In this document: piece after piece, positions 56,414-64,000 of the stretch
How the letters are laid out: the number at the start of each line of letters is the position of its first letter
Position numbering within the stretch: position 1 is the first letter of the stretch
Origin: an uncultured virus (IMG/VR IMGVR_UViG_3300031840_000567)
Taxonomy: Duplodnaviria; Heunggongvirae; Uroviricota; Caudoviricetes
Direction: 5' to 3' (one strand)
DNA: 64,000 bases
Virus record (IMG/VR): IMGVR_UViG_3300031840_000567
The notes under the pieces: generated by a model
The model's input: the letters and a program-made list of their open reading frames with translations, nothing else
Database searches by the model: none
What the model was told of the DNA's origin: nothing
Position numbers and translations under genes: made by a program

Positions 56414-58057
56414 TTAGTAAATTATTCTAATATCTCCGCCGTTGGGAATAACTTCATACTTATCACCATTAACAGCGCGACCACCTTTACCGCCAGCAGC
56501 ACCACCAAACGCATCTTGACCCCAAGTGCCTCCAGATCCTCCTGGTTGTCCCGGTTGTCCTGGTTGTCCCGGAGTGCCTGCATTTCCAGGTGTTCCTGGT
56601 TGTCCAGGCTGTCCGCTTGCACCTCTACCGCCTGGTGTCCCTGGTTGTCCGGGTTGACCTGATCCGCCTGGTTGTCCCGGAGTACCAGCACCACAAGATG
56701 CAGGAGTACCAGCACCACCGCCGAAGCCACCACCACCACCCTGGCCAGGGGTTCCGGGTTGACCTGATCCGCCGCTGCCGCCTGGTGTCCCTGATCCACC
56801 ACCACCACCGGGTGTGCCAGGAATGCCGGGTGTGCCAGGTTGTCCAGTGATATTGCCTGTTTTGTAGTTCCAACCGCGACCGGGAGCACCTACACCAAGT
56901 TGACCGCCACCGCCACCAGTGCCATTATAACCAGATGGACCACCAGCACCGCCGCCGCCACCTGATCCGCCAGCACCGCCCCATCCACGACCGCCGCCGT
57001 AGCCGCCGCCACCGCCGGATCCACCTTGACCGCCAGAACAGTGCTTTCTATTTCTTTCAGTGTTTCTTCTTCTTTCAGTCCTTCTATTCTGATAACCTTG
57101 CCTATCCTGTTTTGGCCCTCTTCTACTTCTTGGCCATCCACCATATCTTTTCCTTCTAGTCCTTCTATTTCTTTCACCTCTTCTATTCTGATAAGCTTGT
57201 CTTGCTTGATATGTTGATCTTTGCTGACCACCAGATCCAGGAGATCCAGGTTGACCAGAGGCACCGGGTGATCCATTGCTACCATTACTACCACTACCAC
57301 CAGGGCTACCGGGTGATCCAGGAGATCCAGAAGATGCACCACTACCGGGTGATCCAGGAGATCCATCAACTCCAGTTTTTCCACCACCGCCACCGGCATA
57401 AATGCGAGCGTCTGATCCTTCGCACTCTACAAATACCTTACGGAGTGAAGGAGCTCCAGGATTAGATACTTGAACAGCATCACCGCCAGGTTGACCACCT
57501 AATGCACCACCAGCAGAATAAATGCCATAAGATGGTGGAGAATTGTTTACATAGATGTTGAGATTTGATGACGGATCATCAGCAATAACAGCAGGAGTTG
57601 CAACACTTGTACTAATAATCCTACCCTTTAACCTCAAATATTTTGTGATATTTCTATTAAGGTTACCACCCCAAGTTGCATCAACACTAGGAGTAGAGGG
57701 ACTATTCAGATCAGTAACATTAAAGTTCTCTTCCTCTGAATTTGCTGCCTGTTCGACCACATACTCATCAATAATACCTCTAAGATCTTGAGGTGTAATA
57801 GCTCCAGTCGTACCAACGCCTACATTTTCAACTGCATCTAAAACATATGGTAAGTGTGGCGTTCCTGTAGAAGTAGCATATTTTCCCTGGTTAAAATCAT
57901 ATGGTGCATCAAGATCTGTAACTCGATGCATCTCAGATGCAGAGATTGAAGCAGAAGTATCACCTACTGCTGCCCTAACTTCGCCATATGATATTTGTGT
58001 GCCAGGTGTACCTGTCAGGAGTTGTTGAGTTTTTGTGCTCCAATCTCCGTAAGCCAT
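56414..58057 (-). CDS. Gly-rich gp38-like tail-fibre adhesin with G-X-Y stalk and Arg-rich insert
   Basis: GG...GGDAV, IYAGGGGG, G..GRGW, GG.GG.WG, GG.GGRAV.G motif order as in T-even gp38 adhesins; four long G-X-Y tracts. Confidence 0.65.
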   Translation of the reverse strand: MAYGDWSTKTQQLLTGTPGTQISYGEVRAAVGDTSASISASEMHRVTDLDAPYDFNQGKYATSTGTPHLPYVLDAVENVGVGTTGAITPQDLRGIIDEYVVEQAANSEEENFNVTDLNSPSTPSVDATWGGNLNRNITKYLRLKGRIISTSVATPAVIADDPSSNLNIYVNNSPPSYGIYSAGGALGGQPGGDAVQVSNPGAPSLRKVFVECEGSDARIYAGGGGGKTGVDGSPGSPGSGASSGSPGSPGSPGGSGSNGSNGSPGASGQPGSPGSGGQQRSTYQARQAYQNRRGERNRRTRRKRYGGWPRSRRGPKQDRQGYQNRRTERRRNTERNRKHCSGGQGGSGGGGGYGGGRGWGGAGGSGGGGGAGGPSGYNGTGGGGGQLGVGAPGRGWNYKTGNITGQPGTPGIPGTPGGGGGSGTPGGSGGSGQPGTPGQGGGGGFGGGAGTPASCGAGTPGQPGGSGQPGQPGTPGGRGASGQPGQPGTPGNAGTPGQPGQPGQPGGSGGTWGQDAFGGAAGGKGGRAVNGDKYEVIPNGGDIRIIY

Positions 58058-58067
58058 ATATCAATCC

Positions 58068-60788
58068 CTAGGAAAGTGTAAATGTAACCGAACCAATACC
58101 AGCAACTGTGATATACACTTTAGTCGGATCGGATGCGTCCTGCTCAATATTTAGGGCTGAAGTTCCAGAAGACACAAAGGATCTGAAGATACTCGCATCA
58201 GTTGCACTGGAACCCTGTTGAGTTGCATATTGGTGCTTATTATATGCCTTGTTATAGATCATATGTGCAGTACCAAATCCGGTAGCACTTACACCGAACT
58301 CAGATCCAGGTTGAACAAGATTGTCAACATTATTATTAATCTGAGTTGCTCTATCAGCATCGTTTTCGACGATACCGCCAAGGTATCCAAGTTCCTCAAG
58401 ATACGAGACAGGATCATGAGTTTCATTAATAACAGTCTTAATACCAACAGGATTATTCAACCTATCTTCATAGAATAATTGGTTGACATTTGAATTAATA
58501 TCAAACCACAAACATCCTGGTTGTGTACCATCTGGGGTAGAATCATTTTGTCTGGAAAGAATAATACTACCGCTAGATTCTCCTAGGTCAAGAGTAGAGT
58601 TTGGAAGTGCAGTATCAAATCCAACTCTAACTGGTCCACCATCAGTGCCACCAGTGCCTGTGTAATTGCTAAAGAATTTTGTGGTTTTATAAATTTCAAC
58701 TGCATTACTGTCATTGAGACCAAATTTAGTACCAATGCCAACACCAGACTCAAAGAGAGCTTCTCCACCAATAAAGTCACCGCTAGGGCTTCTTCTTAAT
58801 CCAACATAAAGATCTACATTAGAATCTCTCTTACCGGAAGTTGATCCAATACCAATACCAGCTTCACCAAGCATGGCAATCTCAGCATTATCAAATAATG
58901 CAATTCCTTCCTGAACAGGAATACCTGAGAGAGTAGTATTGAATCCGATTCTAGTAATCAGCAGGTTTGTCCCTGCACCATCAGTAATATCTAAGTTTGC
59001 AACTGTGGTAACACCTGCATTTGCAACCATAAATTGGCATTCAACACCTTCGGTAACTTGAAGACTGCCACATGTGACAAGACCACTATTGGCATTTAAT
59101 GTAACAGCTCCAAAGGTGCAAATACCACCGCCAGTAAAGTTAAAAGTATTGTTGATGTTAATAACATCTGTATTGACAGTATTAGTTGTGATAATACCAC
59201 TTAGATTAGCAAATACTGTACCAGATGCAGAAACTACTGTGGTTAGATCACCAAAGACTAAAGTATCTGTAAGAATTCTACATGTGCCACCGATATTGAC
59301 TTGCTTGAATGATGCAGAATCTCCACCAGTTTGATTAATATCACCGGTAAATGTTGTGTCATCCAGAATTGCACTAGATCCTGGTACACAAGAGACAATG
59401 CCAAGTACAACTAACTCAGTAGCAGTAACATCACTAATATTTACAGATCCACCAAATGTACCACCGATTGAAAGATCGCCACCAACAGTTAAGTTACCAG
59501 CAAATGTGCCATCACCATCAATATCAGCATCACCCCTAACACCAAGACCTTTACCAAGTGCAGAACTTGTTGTGCCCACACCCACGAAGTTGGATACAAG
59601 TATCTCACCACCAAATGTAGAAATACCAGTGTTTCTAATAAAGATGCTGTTAATTCCAAGAGAATCAATCTGATCAACACTAATATCAGGTACACCAGTT
59701 AATCCTTGCGCCAAACCTGCGACACCAGTAATATCACCGATAACATCGCCAATGAATCCACCAGCAGCACCAAGCGAACCGCTAAATGTACCTGTGCCGA
59801 CCACATCGAGATCAAAATTGGGATCAACTCTAGATTTACCAATACCAATCTTACCCTCACTAGTAACAACTACTCTAGGCTTATTCTTAATAGCATCTGG
59901 ATCTAAATCATCTTGCCCCCAGAACTCGACTTGTCCAATAGGAGTATTACCTACACCAGTTACGGCACCGTTGAAAAGAATTGCTTGTCTTGGAATAGCA
60001 CCACTTGTTTCAATAAACCTGATGCCATGACGACTATCTGAGTTGGCTACGGTTCCAATGAAAGTAATACTATTCTCATCATTAGTAAATGTTAATCCAC
60101 GATCAGTACCAATCATGGCACCTGATGACATATTTAATCCACTAAATGAACCAATACCAGTCAGTTCAATGTTACCACTACCAGTGATAGTTTGAACACC
60201 AACAATATCACCAACCATGTTGATGTTACCTTGCTGGGCATTACCAGTAAGTGTAATGTTCTTTGCACTCAGCCCCTCAAATGTACCAACACCACTAATA
60301 GCATCAAGTTTAATAATATCACCAACAGCAAAATCTGCCTGTGGGAATGTTACAGATACACCAACAGGTCTAAACGCATAGATTGTTGATCCTACTCCAG
60401 GATTATCATTATCCCATACAGATGTAGGAAGATTAATCAATCCAGATCCATCACCTTCAAATTTAACAGCTGTTACAGTACCTGCGACTGATATTGTGAC
60501 ACCTGTTGTTCCTACACCAACCTGAAATTCTGCTTCAGGTACTGTTGTACCAATTCCAACTGAATATCCTACAGCAACATTAATATTGCCATAATGTGTT
60601 TGATATCCAATTACATTGACATCTCTAAAATTAGCTTGATTTTCGACAATCAAGTTTCCACGAATGTCCAGCTGCTCTCTTGGAATGGTTGTGCCGATAC
60701 CGACTAGACCATTATTGGAGATTAGATCATCTGCATCAACCTGAATGCCATCTCTGAAGTTGATAATTGTCTTGTAATTATTAGGCAT
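58068..60788 (-). CDS. tail fibre protein
   Basis: Repeated VGIGTT.P...LD motifs, beta-repeat composition, ATAAATA upstream (60817-60823). Confidence 0.75.
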   Translation of the reverse strand: MPNNYKTIINFRDGIQVDADDLISNNGLVGIGTTIPREQLDIRGNLIVENQANFRDVNVIGYQTHYGNINVAVGYSVGIGTTVPEAEFQVGVGTTGVTISVAGTVTAVKFEGDGSGLINLPTSVWDNDNPGVGSTIYAFRPVGVSVTFPQADFAVGDIIKLDAISGVGTFEGLSAKNITLTGNAQQGNINMVGDIVGVQTITGSGNIELTGIGSFSGLNMSSGAMIGTDRGLTFTNDENSITFIGTVANSDSRHGIRFIETSGAIPRQAILFNGAVTGVGNTPIGQVEFWGQDDLDPDAIKNKPRVVVTSEGKIGIGKSRVDPNFDLDVVGTGTFSGSLGAAGGFIGDVIGDITGVAGLAQGLTGVPDISVDQIDSLGINSIFIRNTGISTFGGEILVSNFVGVGTTSSALGKGLGVRGDADIDGDGTFAGNLTVGGDLSIGGTFGGSVNISDVTATELVVLGIVSCVPGSSAILDDTTFTGDINQTGGDSASFKQVNIGGTCRILTDTLVFGDLTTVVSASGTVFANLSGIITTNTVNTDVININNTFNFTGGGICTFGAVTLNANSGLVTCGSLQVTEGVECQFMVANAGVTTVANLDITDGAGTNLLITRIGFNTTLSGIPVQEGIALFDNAEIAMLGEAGIGIGSTSGKRDSNVDLYVGLRRSPSGDFIGGEALFESGVGIGTKFGLNDSNAVEIYKTTKFFSNYTGTGGTDGGPVRVGFDTALPNSTLDLGESSGSIILSRQNDSTPDGTQPGCLWFDINSNVNQLFYEDRLNNPVGIKTVINETHDPVSYLEELGYLGGIVENDADRATQINNNVDNLVQPGSEFGVSATGFGTAHMIYNKAYNKHQYATQQGSSATDASIFRSFVSSGTSALNIEQDASDPTKVYITVAGIGSVTFTLS

Positions 60789-60815
60789 TATCTTTTAGTG
60801 GCAAGACCTTTTTAC

Positions 60816-63800
60816 TTATTTATCCTTTAGGTCATCGACTTGTGAACTTAGGTCTTTGACTGCTTCAATAAGAAGAGGAATTAGTTTGTTATAGTGGACA
60901 CCTTTAGTGCCATCAGGTTTGGTAGATACTGCCTCAGGAAGAACTTTTTCAACATCTTGAGCGATAACGCCAACATCGTGACCCGTATAGCTCTTGTTAC
61001 CTGCCTTCCAATCGTATTCAGTGCCACGAATCTGCAGAACCTTAGCGAGTGGATCTTCAAGTGTGGAAACATTTTCCTTCATAGAAAGGTCGGAAGTCTG
61101 ACCATAGAATGCAACAATATCATCACATACATGGAGAGGACCACCACAATATGTAAATCCAGCACCACTCATGTATACATCACCAGAGAATGTAGTAAAA
61201 CCATTGAGGTTAACCTGTTTCTCAAATGTTACTGATGCAGTGTACTTAGTGTCAGTTGCAATAGCAACAGCAAATCCAGTTGCAGCATTAAGAACGAGAT
61301 CACCAGATCCAGGAACTGTTGTAATTTCAGTCTTCTGAGTACCAACACCGACTAAGACATTGTTTAACTTAGCACCATTGGGGAACTCACCAGTAATTTC
61401 AATAGAACCACCAAGCTCTACAGTTCCACTTGTAATTAAATCATCGGTGAAGTTAACATCATTAGAGAATGTTACTGGACCATCAAACTGAGATAGGATA
61501 TTCTGTTGAGGACCACCTTCAACAATGATTCTCTGTCTAACAATAACTTCATCAAATACAACAGAGTTAGTAGATGCAGACTCACCAGTTACAGTAGGAA
61601 TAGGAATACCAAAGGATGATTCTTCACCACTAGAAGAGGAGATTCTCTTGTTACCAATGTAGAAGTCACCTTCGTTATTCAGACCAGTATATACAATTGA
61701 ACCAGCTGATCTTTCCTGTGCCTGAGATAGATACTCCTCATCATCAGTCAGTGTTCTGTTCTGTACTTGAGGAAGACCGGTTGAATAGTTACCGGGACCA
61801 TATCCAAGATACTCAAATGTATGTCCAGATGCACGAAGAATAGAAGGACGACGCAACTCGATAGGCAATGGTGCAATCTTTCTAATCAAGGAACCAGAAA
61901 AATGTTCAGTGGGTAGAGTACCAAGTGAACCACGAATAACACGGAGACCATCATTACCACCACCGATTAGACCTGCCTCAGATACTCTCATGATCTCAGC
62001 ATCAATCTCAATATAGTCACCAAGTCTGAATCTTAGATCAGTACCAATACCAGCATTGGGGAGTTGCAGTCTTACCGTTGTTGTTGTATTGTCCAGTGCA
62101 TCTTTAGTTACTGCATGTTCTCCATCATACAAATTAGTATATCTTGATCCAATAGCTTCTGATAAAGGTACAGATTGGTTGTTTCCATCAAATGCAAATT
62201 TATATACTCTATGTCCAGCAACAAAGTTAATATCATTAACTGTTGTAGATGTAAATGTAGTGACACCTGCAACGGTATTAACAATAAACTCACCAACTTT
62301 ATTACTACTGGTATCAACAACTTTGAACTTAGCTCCTCTTTTCAAACCATGTGGAACTGATGTAGTGATTGTGGTCAATCCAGTGGCAATATCAAATTGA
62401 GTAGATGCAATAGAGACGGATGGAGTAACTCTATAAGCATATTGACCTGCAACAACAATAGGATCTCCAGATGTTACTGCGATAGCAATACTATTCTTAT
62501 CAGGTACGCTGGTAATTCTGAATAGTCCGTCGCTAGTTGTGCCGATGCCAGTGATATTTACAACATCACCGATACATGAAGAAATACCTGATGTTGGGAC
62601 ACCAATAGTAGAACCTGGGAAGGTATCAATAGTTAATGTTTCTCCACCAGAATATGCTGATCCAGGTGCAAATACCTCTAGATCAGTAATAGTGGTAGAT
62701 CCAACACCAACTGTAACTGTAGCTGTAGCACCGTTCCAATCACTACCATCGAGTAACTTTACATTATATCTGGTAGTTGCAGCATATCCTGAGGAAGTGA
62801 CCAAATTTTCATGAATCTTGAGTCCACTTAAGTCATGCTGATTTTCAAAAGTAATTGTACAAATACCAGCAGAGGGACTGGTGACACTAGATACTGCGTA
62901 ACCAACATTAAATGTTTTTAAAAACTTGTCAACTGTCTCTCTTGTTAATGAATTTGTCAAATCATTAACATCAACTTTACCTAAAGGTGAGCGCCTTGCA
63001 AATGATTGTGCAGCAGGTGCGTTGATTAGAATATTGTCTCTATCTTGTTGGGGATAGTAGTAAGTAACATTCTGTTCGTACTTCTTGGGAGTAAATTCCT
63101 GCGGTGGTGAATAATCAGCAGAAAGAAGTTCTAAGATATAAACACCGTCTTCTTGTCCAGTAAGATATGGCTCAACAACGGTACTACGATACAATGAGAA
63201 GTTTTTATTATTGTTATTGATTGAGAATCTAGGTAAGAATAGATTCCTAGTGTTACTGGTATCCACATGAGTACCAGTATTTCTCTCTACACCAGAGGTA
63301 TCAGTTTTGGAATGATTGAACTGGTATCCATTAATCAAACCAGTTACAGCGAAATACCCATTATATCCCTTATCGGCAAGTCCACCAGTGTTATTTGAAT
63401 CTTGAACATTCTCTACAAAAACAATATCCCCAACTTCGACTTGATGAGGAAGCTCAGTCGTAACAGTAACAACACCACCAGTCTCACTAACACTAGAAAT
63501 AAACTGATGATTTCTTCTGAAGTTATTATCCTCCAGAGTGATTGTAGTGGATGTAGGATCACTAGTCTTAGCAAATCCAGTGAGACTAGAGCTTTGAATG
63601 ATGAAACCATTTACAGGGTCTCTAGAGTTCCCTGCCTCCTTAGGAATAACATATCTTACTTTATATAATTTGTCTTCAATACTTCTCTTATCTTCAAATC
63701 TCTTGATAAAACCAATATTGGTTCCACTTCCATCTTCTAGGTTGATATTAGTTTGAATCTGAGGATAGATTGTATTACCATCCTCAACATGCAAGAACCA

Positions 63801-64000
63801 CTGTTCTTGATTAATGTCCCATTGAATTGGGTGTCCAATTTCACCAGTCTGCTTATCAGATACTGTACTCTTAACTCTTAGATCTTGTCCACCATAGATT
63901 TCCAGAGCTACATTATTGATAGCGTTAGAGAATGTTGTAGCAATTTTAATCTCTGTAGGGGAATTTACAATGGCATAATAGATTTTATTGAACTGAAGAC
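60816..64000 (-). CDS. long tail fibre with C-terminal peptidase S74 intramolecular chaperone (5' part lies outside the window)
   Basis: DIVAFY..SDLSMKENV, L..IRG..Y.W, GVIAQDVEKVLPEAV, V.Y.KLIPLLIEAVKDL; the frame stays open from 63794 to the window end. Confidence 0.85.
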   Translation of the reverse strand, partial: LQFNKIYYAIVNSPTEIKIATTFSNAINNVALEIYGGQDLRVKSTVSDKQTGEIGHPIQWDINQEQWFLHVEDGNTIYPQIQTNINLEDGSGTNIGFIKRFEDKRSIEDKLYKVRYVIPKEAGNSRDPVNGFIIQSSSLTGFAKTSDPTSTTITLEDNNFRRNHQFISSVSETGGVVTVTTELPHQVEVGDIVFVENVQDSNNTGGLADKGYNGYFAVTGLINGYQFNHSKTDTSGVERNTGTHVDTSNTRNLFLPRFSINNNNKNFSLYRSTVVEPYLTGQEDGVYILELLSADYSPPQEFTPKKYEQNVTYYYPQQDRDNILINAPAAQSFARRSPLGKVDVNDLTNSLTRETVDKFLKTFNVGYAVSSVTSPSAGICTITFENQHDLSGLKIHENLVTSSGYAATTRYNVKLLDGSDWNGATATVTVGVGSTTITDLEVFAPGSAYSGGETLTIDTFPGSTIGVPTSGISSCIGDVVNITGIGTTSDGLFRITSVPDKNSIAIAVTSGDPIVVAGQYAYRVTPSVSIASTQFDIATGLTTITTSVPHGLKRGAKFKVVDTSSNKVGEFIVNTVAGVTTFTSTTVNDINFVAGHRVYKFAFDGNNQSVPLSEAIGSRYTNLYDGEHAVTKDALDNTTTTVRLQLPNAGIGTDLRFRLGDYIEIDAEIMRVSEAGLIGGGNDGLRVIRGSLGTLPTEHFSGSLIRKIAPLPIELRRPSILRASGHTFEYLGYGPGNYSTGLPQVQNRTLTDDEEYLSQAQERSAGSIVYTGLNNEGDFYIGNKRISSSSGEESSFGIPIPTVTGESASTNSVVFDEVIVRQRIIVEGGPQQNILSQFDGPVTFSNDVNFTDDLITSGTVELGGSIEITGEFPNGAKLNNVLVGVGTQKTEITTVPGSGDLVLNAATGFAVAIATDTKYTASVTFEKQVNLNGFTTFSGDVYMSGAGFTYCGGPLHVCDDIVAFYGQTSDLSMKENVSTLEDPLAKVLQIRGTEYDWKAGNKSYTGHDVGVIAQDVEKVLPEAVSTKPDGTKGVHYNKLIPLLIEAVKDLSSQVDDLKDK

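Noticed and set aside
56422..57399. Alternative-frame minus ORFs 56422-56889 and 56890-57399 (V/D/L-rich)
   Set aside because: Out-of-frame readings of the Gly-codon repeats; the 547-aa frame is continuous and coherent
239..63668. Numerous plus-strand ORFs of 60-190 aa (e.g. 14315-14815, 41529-42104, 9825-10250)
   Set aside because: They lie antisense to well-supported minus-strand genes, show no recognisable motifs and are explained as codon-bias shadows
63794..64000. TTG at 63794 as the start of the S74 fibre gene
   Set aside because: The frame stays open to the window edge, so the gene begins outside the window

Overview
This is a 64 kb segment of a T4-like cyanomyovirus genome (Kyanoviridae-type). 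A marine picocyanobacterial host is inferred from the plastocyanin gene. Essentially all credible genes lie on the minus strand. In transcription order (right to left) the window holds: (1) a tail-fibre/adhesin module, 55.8-64 kb, made of an S74-chaperone fibre cut off by the window end, a 906-aa fibre, a gp38-like Gly-rich adhesin and a 2OG-Fe(II) oxygenase; (2) an early-gene region of many small ORFs, 43.2-55.7 kb, driven by at least eight sigma70-like promoters that share a fixed-distance palindrome, and including a ligase-superfamily protein, a degenerate flavin halogenase, a restriction-like nuclease, an SF2 helicase, a solo HicA-like RNase and a lysozyme-like protein; (3) a ~520 bp non-coding hinge with divergent promoters and iteron-like repeats, 42.7-43.2 kb; (4) an AbrB-like gene, a glycosyltransferase-like gene and conserved small genes; (5) the late baseplate/neck module gp25-gp6-gp7-gp8-VrlC-like-fibre-gp13-gp14-gp15-gp16; (6) an accessory island downstream of gp16 that carries petE. 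The best candidates for something new are a four-strand polyglycine-II-stalk adhesin with an Arg-rich tip encoded next to a prolyl-hydroxylase-like enzyme, and a short G-[IVLF]-x-[ST] motif that saturates exposed virion proteins and may be a modification sequon. All calls come from motif recognition by eye; no searches were run.
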